Shown: piece by piece, positions 46,356-58,283 of the stretch
Numbering within the stretch: position 1 is the stretch's first letter
How the letters are laid out: every line of letters starts with the position of its first letter
Source: Caldilineaceae bacterium
GTDB taxonomy: Bacteria; Chloroflexota; Anaerolineae; Caldilineales; Caldilineaceae
Length of the DNA: 64,000 nt
Assembly (NCBI GenBank): GCA_048499455.1
Contig: JASNZV010000006.1
Span: 77,380-141,379 of the forward strand
Reading direction: 5' to 3'
Translations under genes and position numbers: made by a program
Notes under the pieces: model-generated
The model's input: only the letters and a program-made list of their open reading frames with translations
Databases searched by the model: none
Told to the model about the DNA's origin: nothing

Positions 46356-49259
46356 CTATTCAGATTCTGTCTCCGTGATCAGATCGGTGACGGTGATGGC
46401 GGCGCTGCCCGTGATCGATTCGCTATCCGTGATCACGGCGCCGGCTTCGATTTCCTCTTCCTCTTCCGCTTCGGGCGTCCACGTTGGTTCCGGGGTAGGC
46501 GTCTCCTCCGGCGTCGGCGTGGCTTCGGGCCAGGGCGTGTCGGTGGGCGGCGGCGTCCACGTTGGTTCGGGGGTAGGCGGTTCGGGGGTAGGCGGTTCGG
46601 GCGTAGGCGGTTCAGGGATGGGCGTCTCTTCCGGCAATGGCGTCCATGTGGGGGTGGGTTGCGGCGTCCAGGTTGGTGTGGCGTGGCTGATGTAGACGCG
46701 CACGCGGCGCTCGTATTCGCTGCCCACCTGGTCGCGCACCACCAGCCGCAACGTGTGCGGCCCATCCCTCAGCCCGCTCGTGTCCCACTGCCCCAGCACG
46801 CCGTCGATCACCGGCCCGCCAAAGGGGCCGGCCACGGGCGGGCTAAACGCGCCGGGGTCGTGGCTAATGCCATATTGCAGTTCATACGACGCAAAGGCGG
46901 GCGCATTGGCGCTGCCAAAAACGGTCACCACCCCGTCGACACTCTCCCCCTCCGCCGGCGAGCGGATGACCACCTCGGGCGCGAATTCGAAGACATCGCT
47001 CTCGTCCTCGGGCGGCTGCGGGATGCCATGTTCCTCGGCCCAGCGCCGGTATTGGGGTGGATAGATCTTGAAAACGCGTTCCTCAATCGCCTCGGGCGGG
47101 GTAAACTCGGTCGCCAACTTCCCGGTCGTACGGTCGAGCCGGATGATCTGATAGAGGTCCTTCTCAGGCGGCAACGGCGGGCGGTCTTCGGCAAACCAAC
47201 GCATGCGCCGTTCGGGGCAAGCCTCGCTGGGCGCGGTTCCCGTCTCGGCGCAGACCTCAAACTGGCGCACACCGGGCGGGGGTGTGAAATCGACCACCGG
47301 TTCGTTGGCATGGGCAACCCGCATGAACTCGTTCCAGATCGGCGCCGCGCCGGTGATGCCCGAAATCTGCACCATTTCGCTGTTGTCGGCGTTGCCCACC
47401 CAAACCCCCGTCACCAGTTGCGGCGTGTAACCCAGGGTGAGCACGTCGCGGAAATCATTCGTGGTGCCGGTTTTGGCTGCGGCGGGCCGGTCGAGGCGCA
47501 GCAGCGAATTGGGCCCAAAGACAGGTGTGCGCGCCTCGTTGTCGCTGAGGATTTCGGTGATCAGAAACGCATCCACCGCGCTGATAGCCGGTTGGCCGCC
47601 AGCGGCTGGGTTGCGCGAACAGGGGCGAGCCGGGTCGGCGGCGTCGCAATAGAGGTTGCCTGCGCCGTCAGTGATCTTCAGAATCGCGGTGGGCGGCGTG
47701 CGCACCCCAGCATTGGCAAAGACGGCAAAGGCGCCGGTCATTTCGAGCAGTGGAATCTCGCCGGCCCCCAGCGACAGGCTCAGCCCAAAATCGGGCCGGG
47801 TGAGGGTGGTTATGCCCATGCGCTGCGCCGTGGACAAGAACTGGGCCAGGCCCGTATCTTGTAAGGCGCGCACGGCGGGGATGTTGAGGCTGTTGCCCAG
47901 TGCGGTGCGCACCGTCACCATGCCCCGCTGTTTGAAGTCGTAATTGGTGGGCCGGTAGGGTGGGTTGGCGCCGTCGGGAAAGTCCTCTTCGATGTCGGCG
48001 ACCAGCGTGCCGGGCGTCCACCGTTCGGCGGCGGGGCGGTTGGGCTGCTCAAAGGCCGACACATAGACGAGTGGTTTGATGGTGCTGCCCGGTTGGCGCG
48101 GGGCCAGCGCCATATTCACCTGACCGTCGATCTCCACATTGTTGAAATCGGCGCTGCCCACAAAGGCGACGATCTCGCCCGTGTCGGGGCGCAGCGCCAC
48201 CAGCGCGCCATTCGAGACATTGTGGCGGCCCAACAGTGCGATCTGTTCGCGCACAATGCGCTCGGCTTCGCTCTGCAAGCGAGGGTCGAGCGAGGTGGTG
48301 ACGTTCAACCCCAGTTCATAGATCGCGCCGGGGCGGTCAAAGAGCTGCTCCAGTTGCTGGCGCACAAAGAGCGTGAAGTGGGGCGCTTTGATATCCCACT
48401 GAAACGGCTCGTAGGTGAGCGGCTCCAGCCAGGCGGCGTCGGCATCGGCCTGCGAAATGTAACCCGCCTGCACCATCAGCCCCAACACCACCCCCTGCCG
48501 TCGTTTGGCGCGTTCGGGTTGGGTATACGGGTCATAGAATGCGGGCAACTGGGGTAGGCCGGCCAACAGCGCCGCCTCGGCCAGCGTCAACTCGGCCAGA
48601 TCCTTGCCAAAGTAGGTTTCGGCAGCCGCGGCTACCCCATAGGCCAGATTGCCGTAGTAAAGCTCGTTGAGATAAAGCTCCAGGATTTGGTCTTTTTCGT
48701 AGGTGCGGCTCACCTCAGCGGCCAGAATGGCCTCTCGCACCTTGCGCGTCATCGTTTGTTCGGGCGAGAGCAGAACTCGTTTGACCAATTGCTGTGGGAT
48801 CGTCGACGCCCCGGAGACAATGTCCCGTTCGAGCACGGCGTAGTAGAGGGCGCGCACAAGCGCTACTGGGTCCACACCGGCGTGGCGATAGAAGTTGGCG
48901 TCTTCGGTGGCGATGGTGGCGGCGATGAGATAGGGCGAAATGCGCGCAAGCGGCACTTCGGTGCGACGGCCCGCGGCAGGGTCATCCGGCTTGATGGTTT
49001 CGTAGAGCAGGCCGCCCTCGCGATCATAGATGCGCGTGCTCTGGAACGAGCTGGCGCGCGCCCGCAGTTCATCGGGCGGGGGCAGCGTGCGCGCGATCAC
49101 TGCATAGGCGATTAGCGCTGCGCTCAGCCCAAACGCGGCCAGCGTCACAAAGGCCAACACACCGCTGATAAAGCCGCGCCAGAGTGAGTTGGGTGATGCT
49201 GTCGATCTAGGCGGGCGCGGACGTTGCGTCTGCCGGGGTTGAAGATCGTATAAACTCAT
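46356..49259 (-). CDS. Class A penicillin-binding protein (PBP1A-type transglycosylase/transpeptidase) with a C-terminal extension
   Basis: GT51 motifs ([23 protein letters not shown]), transpeptidase STIKP and KTGTTN, then an Ig-like domain and a Thr/Pro/Glu-rich tail. Confidence 0.92.
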   Translation of the reverse strand: MSLYDLQPRQTQRPRPPRSTASPNSLWRGFISGVLAFVTLAAFGLSAALIAYAVIARTLPPPDELRARASSFQSTRIYDREGGLLYETIKPDDPAAGRRTEVPLARISPYLIAATIATEDANFYRHAGVDPVALVRALYYAVLERDIVSGASTIPQQLVKRVLLSPEQTMTRKVREAILAAEVSRTYEKDQILELYLNELYYGNLAYGVAAAAETYFGKDLAELTLAEAALLAGLPQLPAFYDPYTQPERAKRRQGVVLGLMVQAGYISQADADAAWLEPLTYEPFQWDIKAPHFTLFVRQQLEQLFDRPGAIYELGLNVTTSLDPRLQSEAERIVREQIALLGRHNVSNGALVALRPDTGEIVAFVGSADFNNVEIDGQVNMALAPRQPGSTIKPLVYVSAFEQPNRPAAERWTPGTLVADIEEDFPDGANPPYRPTNYDFKQRGMVTVRTALGNSLNIPAVRALQDTGLAQFLSTAQRMGITTLTRPDFGLSLSLGAGEIPLLEMTGAFAVFANAGVRTPPTAILKITDGAGNLYCDAADPARPCSRNPAAGGQPAISAVDAFLITEILSDNEARTPVFGPNSLLRLDRPAAAKTGTTNDFRDVLTLGYTPQLVTGVWVGNADNSEMVQISGITGAAPIWNEFMRVAHANEPVVDFTPPPGVRQFEVCAETGTAPSEACPERRMRWFAEDRPPLPPEKDLYQIIRLDRTTGKLATEFTPPEAIEERVFKIYPPQYRRWAEEHGIPQPPEDESDVFEFAPEVVIRSPAEGESVDGVVTVFGSANAPAFASYELQYGISHDPGAFSPPVAGPFGGPVIDGVLGQWDTSGLRDGPHTLRLVVRDQVGSEYERRVRVYISHATPTWTPQPTPTWTPLPEETPIPEPPTPEPPTPEPPTPEPTWTPPPTDTPWPEATPTPEETPTPEPTWTPEAEEEEEIEAGAVITDSESITGSAAITVTDLITETESE

Positions 49260-49352
49260 GAGTCAAAAATTTCCAATCGAGAATCGTGCTACGTCATACG
49301 CCATAGGTCGTCCGTCTCTTCAAGGCGCGCTCACCAACAATGACCCTACACT

Positions 49353-50837
49353 TCACGGCCACGTCCACGGCAGCGTATTTTGATAGACCCACGCCGCCAT
49401 GTGCAGCCCCTGCAACAAGATCAACGGCGCCGCGCCCCCCACCAGATAGCGGGGCGTCGGCAACACCCGGGGCAGCAGCCAGGCCAACCAGACTGTGGCC
49501 GGCAACGCCGCCAGGCTGAAGAGATCCCAGTCGCGTTGGCCGCCATAGTCCGGGTTCCATATGGCGATAAAGAGCAGATAGGCCAACGCAGCGATAGCCA
49601 AAAAGGGCTGCGCGCCGCCAGTGGTCGTTGGTCTCGCATTGGCGTCCGTTGCCTTGCTCGCTCCCCGGCCCATCACGATTGACCAATATGCAATAACGAT
49701 CCCCGGCCAGATGACCGGCGCCACCAGCAGTTGCTGGTTGAGCAGGTCGCGCAGATGCGGCCAACTGAACAGCGTGTAGTGCTCCCAACGGGTCGTCGCC
49801 TCCCAGAGGGGCACGAACCACCGTCCGTCACCGCCACCGGGCCGGTCATGCGTCAACAGTGCTTGGATGCCATGCCCGCCCGCCGCCATCATCCACAATA
49901 CGCCGCCGGCGACCGCGAGCATCGGCAGCCCGATCGCGAGTATGGTCAACAAGACGATGCGCGGCTGCGATTGGTTTCGCTGTGCGGGCGTGCGCGCCCA
50001 ATGCCACCCCAAACAGAGCAAGCTTGGCGCCAGGATCACGGTGCTGGGGTGCGTGGCGTGGGTGAGGGCCAGCACGGTCGCCGCCGCCCAGAGCGGTTGC
50101 CTCCGCTGCAAGACTTCCCAACCCAGCCAGAGGTAGAGCAAAACACCGGCCGCGGCAAAGCTGTAGTTTTCCACATAGCCAAAAAAGAGCTGCATCAGCC
50201 CCAGTGTGGTCAGCAGACCAAAGCTAAGCCACGCTGGGGCCAGACTCGTCGATTGGCTCAACATCAGCACACCCGCCAAATAGACCATACCCGCCAGCGG
50301 GCTGAGCAGCCGATAGACCGGCATTGCATCCGCCCATCCCCAGGTTTCGTTTCCCCAGCGCCACACCAGGCCATGCAACCAGACATCCAGCGGCGCCTGC
50401 CACGAGTGGGTCAGCCGCAGCGCCGGGTCGGGCCAGGCGATGGCATGGGTGAGGATGTAGGCGTCTCCCCAGCGGGTGTGGACGATGGGGAAGGCAAAAA
50501 ACGCGGCCACGAGCGCCAGGCTGGCCGGCAACAAATACCGCCATGATGATCCCTGACGGGCGCCCTGGCTGCGCAGTTGGGGCCATCGTTCGCTCCACCA
50601 GAAAACAAGCATCGGGGCAATCACCGCCAGCGCGCCCATCGCAACCGCCCACCCGGGCGCATAGGTTACCGGCCAGAGCCCCCACCAGACGCTTTCCGCA
50701 TCAGCCGGCCCCGGCAATGCGCCCGGCGTCGGTGGCAAGGTGCGCACATAGAGGCGCAGCCCCAGCAGCAGCAGGGCTGTGAGGTGCAACGCAGCGACGG
50801 TCGAGCGTTGACGCGCCAGCGTGATGGACAAAGACAT
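49353..50837 (-). CDS. Polytopic integral membrane protein, function unknown
   Basis: Start set at [10 protein letters not shown]. At least 12 hydrophobic segments and Trp-rich loops. No motif I can assign. Confidence 0.6.
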   Translation of the reverse strand: MSLSITLARQRSTVAALHLTALLLLGLRLYVRTLPPTPGALPGPADAESVWWGLWPVTYAPGWAVAMGALAVIAPMLVFWWSERWPQLRSQGARQGSSWRYLLPASLALVAAFFAFPIVHTRWGDAYILTHAIAWPDPALRLTHSWQAPLDVWLHGLVWRWGNETWGWADAMPVYRLLSPLAGMVYLAGVLMLSQSTSLAPAWLSFGLLTTLGLMQLFFGYVENYSFAAAGVLLYLWLGWEVLQRRQPLWAAATVLALTHATHPSTVILAPSLLCLGWHWARTPAQRNQSQPRIVLLTILAIGLPMLAVAGGVLWMMAAGGHGIQALLTHDRPGGGDGRWFVPLWEATTRWEHYTLFSWPHLRDLLNQQLLVAPVIWPGIVIAYWSIVMGRGASKATDANARPTTTGGAQPFLAIAALAYLLFIAIWNPDYGGQRDWDLFSLAALPATVWLAWLLPRVLPTPRYLVGGAAPLILLQGLHMAAWVYQNTLPWTWP

Positions 50838-50969
50838 AGCGTCTATTCTATCGTGCAGCGCCCAAAAGAAAAAGCCGGGCGCCCCCATTGCGGGGAAGCC
50901 CGGCCTGTGGCCCAGTGAGTTGGTCTCTCATGGGCGATAGGCAATCGTCTATCGCCCATCATTCTCGCT

Positions 50970-51662
50970 CTACTCGCCCATCACCAAAAATTGGGCGGCG
51001 ACCCAGCCACCATCGGGGTTATCGGTGACGGCATCGGGCGACCCAGCAATGCGTACCCACGCGCCGTCACTGCTCACTTCCTCCACGGCATACGTCTCGC
51101 CATTGTAGACGTAGCCGACAATTTCGCTTTCAGCGTTTGGCTCGCCGCGGACGCGCAGGCGGGTGCCGTCGGTCACAACCAAGGCAAACCCCGCCGGTGG
51201 CGGCTCAACCATGACGGTCTGTTCACTGGTGACAGTTTCACTGGTGACGGTTTCGGTGGTGGTCACCGGCGCTGCCGGCACCGCCACTGTAGCAGTGTCG
51301 GTAATGGGGCCTTCGAGGCTGACAAAGCTGGCCGCAACCCAACCGGCGCCCCCCGGCGCGTCGTCAATGGCCAGTTGCACCCACAGGCCGTCGGAGCTGA
51401 TGCCCAAGACGCGATATTGCTCGCCTTCGCTGACGCCGGCGACGACCTCGGCAGTCTCCAACGGTTGGTTGCGGACGCGCAACGAGCGCGTAGTGACGGT
51501 GGCGACCGCAGCGTCATCCGCGGGCGATGCGCTGCTGGGCTGGGCAATCGCGGCGGGAGCGCTACTTTCTCCTGCCGCGGGGGGCGTAATCAGGGTGCAA
51601 CCACTGAGCAGCGCCAGCAACAACAAAGACGACACGATGCAGAGCAGACTGGTTTTCTTCAT
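50970..51662 (-). CDS. Lipoprotein with two SH3b domains
   Basis: Start set at MKKTSLLCIVSSLLLLALLSGC. Two SH3b-like segments (LRVRNQP..GWVAASFV and LRVRGEP..GWVAAQFL). Confidence 0.8.
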   Translation of the reverse strand: MKKTSLLCIVSSLLLLALLSGCTLITPPAAGESSAPAAIAQPSSASPADDAAVATVTTRSLRVRNQPLETAEVVAGVSEGEQYRVLGISSDGLWVQLAIDDAPGGAGWVAASFVSLEGPITDTATVAVPAAPVTTTETVTSETVTSEQTVMVEPPPAGFALVVTDGTRLRVRGEPNAESEIVGYVYNGETYAVEEVSSDGAWVRIAGSPDAVTDNPDGGWVAAQFLVMGE

Positions 51663-51878
51663 ACAAAAATCCTTATCAATCCATTCGGTAGATTGCGCCG
51701 CCAAGCGCTCGACAACGCCAGGGCCCTCAATCCATGCTCAGACAGAGCCTCGTTTCTAGGGGGTTGACTCACCACGCCAGGCGCCCCATCTCGGCCTCAC
51801 CTGTGCGCCAAAACGATGCAATTATCCCATGTGTTAGGGCGGTTGACAAAATCGAGACGTAAGCAAGATTCTATCCGA

Positions 51879-53867
51879 TCACCAACCCACCGCGATGGAC
51901 CAGCGACCTGCCTCGGCCAGCGTGTCGGCGTCGTACGCGATCATGACCAATTGCGCCGGCCTGGATACAGCGTCTGCTGGGATGGGCAGATGGTACACAT
52001 CACGGATGCGCTCACCAGGAACCCAATCGGTGGTGGGCGCCACCAGCCGCAGCGGGAAGAAGTCCTCTTGCACCGGGTCACCCTGTGGCCACAGGACGGG
52101 CGCACCGTCGGGCGAATGTAGGCGCAACGAAAGCTTGAGCCGCTGAGTGAGGGCAGTCTGTGGGCGCCAGTAGAGCGCCACGCGCAGCGCAGGCCCACCG
52201 GCCTGCTCTAGCTTGTCCAGGTCATATCCCTCCAGGTGGAGCCGGCCCTCCGCGAATTGCACATCGACCGGATGCGCCGGCTCGCCTACAACGGCCTGCC
52301 CGCGCGGCCAAACGCGCACCAATACCCCATCGCCGCTAAAACTGTAGAGCGTGCTGATCCCATCCAGCTCGCGCGTCAGGTAGATGGGTGCGCCTTGGGC
52401 CACCAGCTCGGCCACGGTTGTGCGGCGCAACGCTACATCGTTGGCGACAATGGGGGTGGCGTTGCGCCCCAACCCTTCGGCCTGTTGCATATAGCGCAGC
52501 GCAGTGGCTTCCCCTTCTAACGCCACCACCTGGCTCCCGGACGGAAACTCACTCTTTGCCAGCGCCACGGCGTAATCGTGCGCCGCCCAGCTCTGGCTGC
52601 GGTTGATGATGGGGCCGCGCAGCGCCATCAGGCTGAGTATGACCACGAGCACCGCTGTGACGTATGGCCCCTGCAACCGTTGCTCGCCCGCGCCGGTCAC
52701 GCGGCCAATGCCGCCCGCCACAAAGAGGGCAAACGCCAACAGCGCGGGCAACAGGAACACGTCGGCGTCATGCACTCGGTAGCTGACGGCAAACAGCAGG
52801 TTGAACATGAGCACAAGCAACACCAGCAACCAGTCCATACGCAACCGCCGCGCCGGCCCGACGAGTTGGGTCAGCCCCACCAGGCCCATCGACAGGCCAA
52901 TAAAACCGCTCTCGTCTACCCAGCGCCACCACCAATCGGCTGCGCTGCGCTCGACGGCCAGAGGGTTGTCGGCAAAAAAGCCGGCATATTGGCGCGCCAG
53001 GACATGATCCCAGAAGCCTGCCCATGTGTGTACGTAGCTGCCGTTGAGGTCGCGCACGCCCATCATGGCCCGCAGTGGGATCAAGAGATAGAGGAGCAAC
53101 GGCGCCAACAGCGCCAATGACCAGACCAGCCACGCTGGTTGGGGCCGCGCCATGCTGGGATAGCGCCAGACCAACACCGCCGCCACGGGCAAGGCCAGCA
53201 AGAGCGCAGTCCGATGGTGGGTGAGGGCAAGGCCAAAGAGCAGACAGAGCAGTGTGACCAAGCGAGCAGGGGGATGGGCGCGGCGCGCAGGCATGTCGTG
53301 GAGAATGCGTATGGCAACCGTGAGGATCGATGCGACAAAGAGACCATGCAAGGCATAGACCTCAGCCACGGTCGCCTGGCTCCACCAGAGGGGGCTGACC
53401 CCAAACGCCAGCGCCGCCGCGATGCCCGGCGCCCAGGGGACGCGCCCGCGCACATCCGTTGTCAACTGTTGGGCCGCCTGGCAGGTAAGCCCTACTGCGG
53501 CGGCGGCGGCCAGCGCCGAAAAGAGATTCATGCGCCAGGCCCAGTTGCCCACGGGAAACAGCAGGCGGCTCCACACCCCGCCCAGCAGCACATAGAGCGG
53601 GTAGCCGGTGGGGTGGGCAATGCCAAACGTCGGGCCGACCAACTGGAATTCGAGCGTGTCATCAAAGAGCTCGACGATGCTCGGCGCGGTCGTCGCCGCA
53701 TAGAGAATGAGAAACGCCGCCCCAATCAACCAAGGCAGCCGGTGCGCAGTGATCACGGATTCCAGTTTAGCACGAATTGGGGATTGTGCGCACCTTTGGT
53801 ATGATTTAGCCGCACTTGCACACGCTGTAATCAGCTTACAACGAGATTCGGAAGCGTAGATCCGCAA
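51879..53867 (-). CDS. DUF2723/TMEM260-like GT-C membrane protein with a C-terminal beta-sandwich module
   Basis: ..[38 protein letters not shown].. is typical of DUF2723. The C-terminal module is [26 protein letters not shown]... The true start is probably internal, e.g. the GTG at 53756. Confidence 0.7.
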   Translation of the reverse strand: MRIYASESRCKLITACASAAKSYQRCAQSPIRAKLESVITAHRLPWLIGAAFLILYAATTAPSIVELFDDTLEFQLVGPTFGIAHPTGYPLYVLLGGVWSRLLFPVGNWAWRMNLFSALAAAAAVGLTCQAAQQLTTDVRGRVPWAPGIAAALAFGVSPLWWSQATVAEVYALHGLFVASILTVAIRILHDMPARRAHPPARLVTLLCLLFGLALTHHRTALLLALPVAAVLVWRYPSMARPQPAWLVWSLALLAPLLLYLLIPLRAMMGVRDLNGSYVHTWAGFWDHVLARQYAGFFADNPLAVERSAADWWWRWVDESGFIGLSMGLVGLTQLVGPARRLRMDWLLVLLVLMFNLLFAVSYRVHDADVFLLPALLAFALFVAGGIGRVTGAGEQRLQGPYVTAVLVVILSLMALRGPIINRSQSWAAHDYAVALAKSEFPSGSQVVALEGEATALRYMQQAEGLGRNATPIVANDVALRRTTVAELVAQGAPIYLTRELDGISTLYSFSGDGVLVRVWPRGQAVVGEPAHPVDVQFAEGRLHLEGYDLDKLEQAGGPALRVALYWRPQTALTQRLKLSLRLHSPDGAPVLWPQGDPVQEDFFPLRLVAPTTDWVPGERIRDVYHLPIPADAVSRPAQLVMIAYDADTLAEAGRWSIAVGW

Positions 53868-53885
53868 CCACTACGGCCACTGCCT

Positions 53886-55481
53886 ATGTCTGTACATCCA
53901 ATCGAGCCTACTGGCGTTCCCCCATATCTCCGCCGGCTATTGGCAATCGTGGGTCTGTTGGTGTTGGCGGTCGCCACCTTCTGGCCCGTTATCGTCTATG
54001 CCCAAGAACCGGTCGTGACTGGCGCGCTCGACGAGGGGGGCGTATTACACGCGCCCACCTTCTGGTATCTGCTGGCGGCCGGATTGGCGTTGTTGGTTCC
54101 CGCCGGCTTTGTGCTGATCGGTGTGGTTGGGCTAGAGGGTGAGCATGCATGGGATGCTGCGCTGGGCGGCGTGGCCGCAGTGGGGTTGGCCGCTTTTGGC
54201 TATTGGGCCACGGGGTTTGCGTTGCATTTTGGCGGTGTGGGTCTGGTCTATTCACAACCGGCGCTGCGCCAACTGGTCTGGGAGTGGAGCCCGCTGCCCG
54301 TCAACTGGGGCATCGACTGGGGCGCCGCCGGGTTGAGCGGCTGGTTTCTCTCCGGCCCCGATGTGACGCCATTGGTCTATGCCCTCTTTCTTGCTCATCT
54401 GCCGTGGGTGGTGACCGCCTCGTTGCTGCCGGTGCTGGCGTTGCGCGGGCGTGCGCCGGCTTCGGCGACGTTGCTGTTGGCGTTGCTGCTTGGCGCAGTT
54501 GTAATCCCCCTGGCCGGGAATTGGGTGCAGGGCGGCGGTTGGCTCAGCGCCTTGGGGCGCAACCTGAGCCTGGGCCATGGGCTGGTCGACTTTGGCGGCG
54601 CCGGCACGGTCTTTCTTGTCGCATCCGCTTTTGGGCTTGCCGCCCTGGTAGTGTGGATCCCACGCCGGCCACACCAATCGCTTGAGCACCTGCCCCTGCC
54701 GCCGGCCTATCAACCTCTGCTGGCCGTGGTGGGCAGCCTGTTGGTGATGGGCGGCCAGTTGGGCTGGATGTGGGCGAACCCGCTCCAGGTCAGCCTGTTG
54801 GGGGATCTGGCGCTCATGCGCGGCAGCGTCAATGCCATCCTTTTTGCGGGCGGCGGCATGTTGGTGCCGTTGGGCTATACCTGGTTTGTCACCGGGCGCA
54901 GTGACCCGCTGCTTGCGGCGCGCGGGCTGGTTGCGGGCGTTGTCGCAGGGCTGGCCGTTGGTCCCTTTGTGCAGCCGGGCGTTGCGTTTTTGATTGGATT
55001 TTTGGCGGGCGCCACCGTTCCTTTTATCACCTTTGTAATGGACGGCGTGCTCCGGCTCGACGACGCCACCGGCGTGGTGACCGCGCAGGGGATCCCAGCG
55101 CTGATTGGCTTGTTGCTCGTGGGCGTCTGCGCTGATGGTGTGGTCGGGGCCGGTTGGCAGAACATTGGGGCCGAGAGTTACCTGGGGGTCAATGGGCAAG
55201 GGGTATCTGGTTTACTCGTGGCGCATGGCTACCAGATCGACTTCCCCGGCCAGCTCCAGGCGCAGGTGATCGGTGTGTTGGCGCTGGCGCTTTGGGGGTT
55301 TTTGGCCGGCATGGCGATCTGTGCGCCACTGGGGCTGCTGGCGCACGGCTTGAAACAGAGCGAAGCATGGCAATCGCCGCGTGCAGGCGCGACAGCCAGC
55401 GATGGATTCGACTTTGATCGGCTCGAAGAAGACCTGTTTCCCCTGGCCACACCCGAAGGCCAGGAGCGGCGCTTCCCATAG
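53886..55481 (+). CDS. Amt/Mep/Rh-family membrane protein, divergent (both pore histidines substituted)
   Basis: About 11 TM helices. Aligns by eye to E. coli AmtB around [34 protein letters not shown] and [27 protein letters not shown]. Confidence 0.65.
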   Translation: MSVHPIEPTGVPPYLRRLLAIVGLLVLAVATFWPVIVYAQEPVVTGALDEGGVLHAPTFWYLLAAGLALLVPAGFVLIGVVGLEGEHAWDAALGGVAAVGLAAFGYWATGFALHFGGVGLVYSQPALRQLVWEWSPLPVNWGIDWGAAGLSGWFLSGPDVTPLVYALFLAHLPWVVTASLLPVLALRGRAPASATLLLALLLGAVVIPLAGNWVQGGGWLSALGRNLSLGHGLVDFGGAGTVFLVASAFGLAALVVWIPRRPHQSLEHLPLPPAYQPLLAVVGSLLVMGGQLGWMWANPLQVSLLGDLALMRGSVNAILFAGGGMLVPLGYTWFVTGRSDPLLAARGLVAGVVAGLAVGPFVQPGVAFLIGFLAGATVPFITFVMDGVLRLDDATGVVTAQGIPALIGLLLVGVCADGVVGAGWQNIGAESYLGVNGQGVSGLLVAHGYQIDFPGQLQAQVIGVLALALWGFLAGMAICAPLGLLAHGLKQSEAWQSPRAGATASDGFDFDRLEEDLFPLATPEGQERRFP

Positions 55482-55533
55482 TCGGGCGCTCGATGAACCA
55501 TAGCAATCAACAGGGGCGGCGGAGTGATCTGCA

Positions 55534-56022
55534 ATGACCACACACAAAAAAGAAAGCTGGCAGGCCCGGCTCGCGTCCGAACGCGCTAGCTTGCTGGAAC
55601 TTTTGGCCCAACTTGCACCGGGACAGTGGCAAATTCCCGTTTTTGGTGACGGCGAGTCATGGACGGTCGCCACGGTGGTGGCCCACCTCATCGATGGCGA
55701 GCGGGGCATGAGTATCCAAATCCACAAAACGCGCAAAGGCGAAGAGACGGTGCCCGAAGGCTTTGACCTTAACCGCTGGAACGCCGGCGTCGCCAAGCGC
55801 ATGGGCCAGTTGAGCCCGGATGAACTGCTGGCTGGGCTCGACGCCACCCGCGCCCGCACGCTCGAGGGCCTTGCCACCCTGCGCGATGACGAATGGGCGC
55901 TCACGGGCCGCCACCCAAGCCGGGGCGTGATCACCATCGAGCAGTACTACGAGACCATCGCCGGCCATGATCGCCAGCACGCCAACGACATCCGCAAGGC
56001 GTTGGGTTTGCCCACAGCATGA
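55534..56022 (+). CDS. DinB-family protein
   Basis: 162 aa with a four-helix DinB_2-like pattern (..VVAHLIDGE.. and ..IAGHDRQHANDI..). Confidence 0.75.
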   Translation: MTTHKKESWQARLASERASLLELLAQLAPGQWQIPVFGDGESWTVATVVAHLIDGERGMSIQIHKTRKGEETVPEGFDLNRWNAGVAKRMGQLSPDELLAGLDATRARTLEGLATLRDDEWALTGRHPSRGVITIEQYYETIAGHDRQHANDIRKALGLPTA

Positions 56023-56026
56023 CGCC

Positions 56027-56584
56027 ATGTCCCACGCTGGAGTTACCCCATCTCGAACCCATGCACCCTTGCCGGCGTATCATCTGCGCCCGGTGACGCC
56101 GGCCGACGAAGCGATCCTATGGCAAATGCTCTACTACGCCGCTCATATGGACGAAGACGGCGTCGCCTCGCCGGAGGCGGCCCAAGAGAACCCGTTCCTG
56201 GCTCAATATGTGGTCGGTTGGGGGCAACCTGGCGATCTCGGCGTGGTCGCCGAAACATCTCCCACCGGCGTAGCCATCGGCGCGGCATGGCTGCGCCTGC
56301 TCATCGCCGACAAGACCAACCCCAGCTATTACGATGACAAAACTCCCGAACTGGCGATTGCCGTCTTGCCCGGATGGCTTGGCAGGGGTGTGGGCAGCGC
56401 CTTGATGGACCGGCTGGCGCAGGCGGCAACGGGTCGCTACCCAGCGATTGTGCTCACCGTGCGCGCCAACAACCCGGCGGTTCGTCTCTACGACCGATTT
56501 GGATTTGCCGTCATTGATGAAATTGTCAACCGGGTGGGGACAAAATCGTACAAAATGCTGCTCACAATGGGGGGTCGCAGCTAA
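56027..56584 (+). CDS. GNAT N-acetyltransferase
   Basis: Start set at MSHAGV. Acetyl-CoA-binding region ..LPGWLGRGVGSALMDRLAQ.. and ..NNPAVRLYDRFGF.. Confidence 0.8.
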   Translation: MSHAGVTPSRTHAPLPAYHLRPVTPADEAILWQMLYYAAHMDEDGVASPEAAQENPFLAQYVVGWGQPGDLGVVAETSPTGVAIGAAWLRLLIADKTNPSYYDDKTPELAIAVLPGWLGRGVGSALMDRLAQAATGRYPAIVLTVRANNPAVRLYDRFGFAVIDEIVNRVGTKSYKMLLTMGGRS

Positions 56585-57351
56585 TGGATTCCACCCAACG
56601 CTTTTCGAGCCGGGTGGAAAATTACGTCCGCTACCGGCCCTCGTATCCGCCCGCCGTTCTTGACACGCTCAGAGATGAGTGCGGGCTCACCCCCAGCGCC
56701 GTGATCGCCGATATTGGTTCGGGAACCGGCCTGCTTAGCGAACTCTTTTTGCGCAACGGGAACCGTCTCTTTGGCGTGGAGCCAAACCGGGAGATGCGCA
56801 CAGCCGCCGAACGGCTGCTGCACGACTATCCCAACTTCACCAGCATCGAGGGTGCGGCTGAAGCGACAACCCTGCCCGACTCGAGCATTGATTTTGTCAC
56901 TGCCGGCCAGGCTTTTCACTGGTTTGACCATGAGCGGGCGCGCCCCGAATTTGCGCGCATCCTACGCCCAGATGGGTGGGTTGTGCTGGTGTGGAATTAC
57001 CGGCGCATTGATGCGACGCCCTTTATGCGGGAGTACGAGGGGTTGATCCAGCGGTTCTCTATCGACTACAGCGAAATGACCCACCACCGGCCTGAATTCG
57101 ACGAGCGCAATGTCAGCACCTTTTTTGGCCCGTCCGGCTGCCAGGTTGCTGTGCACCTAAACCCACAACTGCTCGATTACGAAGGTTTGCAGGGGCGGCT
57201 GCTTTCATCATCGTACACACCCGAAGCCGGCCATCCCAATCACGAACCGATGCTGGCGGCGCTGCGCACCCTTTTCGATACCTATCAGGTGGGCGGCCAG
57301 GTATCGTTCGACTACGATACAAAGGTCTACTTTGGCCACCTCTCGCCGTGA
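56584..57351 (+). CDS. Class I SAM-dependent methyltransferase
   Basis: Motif I VIADIGSGTGLLS. A TAATG start/stop overlap joins it to the upstream GNAT gene. Confidence 0.85.
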   Translation: MDSTQRFSSRVENYVRYRPSYPPAVLDTLRDECGLTPSAVIADIGSGTGLLSELFLRNGNRLFGVEPNREMRTAAERLLHDYPNFTSIEGAAEATTLPDSSIDFVTAGQAFHWFDHERARPEFARILRPDGWVVLVWNYRRIDATPFMREYEGLIQRFSIDYSEMTHHRPEFDERNVSTFFGPSGCQVAVHLNPQLLDYEGLQGRLLSSSYTPEAGHPNHEPMLAALRTLFDTYQVGGQVSFDYDTKVYFGHLSP

Positions 57352-57385
57352 CCCCACCGTGCGATGCACCCGGAGCCCCCATCTC

Positions 57386-57850
57386 TCACGCTTCATCCAC
57401 CCACCACACGGAATCCCCCACCGCGATCTCCCCGTCTTCCAACACCTCGCCGTAGGCGCCGCCGCCCCAGTTTGGGTACATCACCGCCCGCAGCCCCAGG
57501 TGGGCCTCGTCCATCTGCTCGCAGGGTTTGGTTTCGCCGTAGATGCGGATGCGCACCGGGCCCACCTGGAGCACCCGCTTGCGACTATCCGCCAGCGGAA
57601 TGCCGCTGACCATCAGATTGGCGCGGCGGGCGGAGGGGTCGAGCGTGGCGCTGGTCGCCGCCATGTGCCTGGCCCACACCTCTTTCTCGATGATCGTCAC
57701 CTGACGTTTGCCACCCTGGTCGGCGTTGCCGACTAACCCGCGCCCGGTCTTGAGCTGGGCGCGCTGCGTCGCGTCCATCTTGCCGCCGTGCGCGCGCTTG
57801 AGCCAGATTGCTTCGAGCATGCCGTTTTCGGTGGTTGGATTAACGCTCAT
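57386..57850 (-). CDS. MOSC domain-containing protein
   Basis: 154 aa with ..GLVGNADQGGKRQVTIIEKEVW.. and the ..ETKPCEQMDE.. conserved Cys context. Confidence 0.75.
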   Translation of the reverse strand: MSVNPTTENGMLEAIWLKRAHGGKMDATQRAQLKTGRGLVGNADQGGKRQVTIIEKEVWARHMAATSATLDPSARRANLMVSGIPLADSRKRVLQVGPVRIRIYGETKPCEQMDEAHLGLRAVMYPNWGGGAYGEVLEDGEIAVGDSVWWVDEA

Positions 57851-58283
57851 CCATTTGGGGCCTTTCTAATCGGGACAAATTCTTGATGATGTTTCAACAG
57901 CCACAGACAGGCCAGCTTGAGCGCTCATGATCAAATCAACCGTCTGTACTACGCTAGACAATCACCCGGCGCACCAATAGGGAAGGACGCGGCTGCCCGC
58001 AGCGGTCCGTTGTCATGAAAATGCTGGCGGTCGAGGGTGACAAAAAAATCCACTGAAAAGCCGATTTACTGATCACCAGTATAACAGACTTTCAGAAGCC
58101 ATCAACAAAGGGCAAGCTGTCAAAGAATTTCGGGAACGGATCGATCGGATTGTTTGATAAAGAATCCGATCCTATCCACATTCTACGGAACGAATTCTGC
58201 CGCCCCATCCGTTCAATCTGCTCCCCTAATCCGTTGACAGCTGCCTGAAGGAAGCTTCACCCCTTCAACCTCCCGTTCGACCG

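Noticed and set aside
46050-47864. 604-aa ORF antisense to PBP1A
   Set aside because: Arg/Gly-rich nonsense translation. The opposite strand carries unambiguous transglycosylase and transpeptidase motifs.
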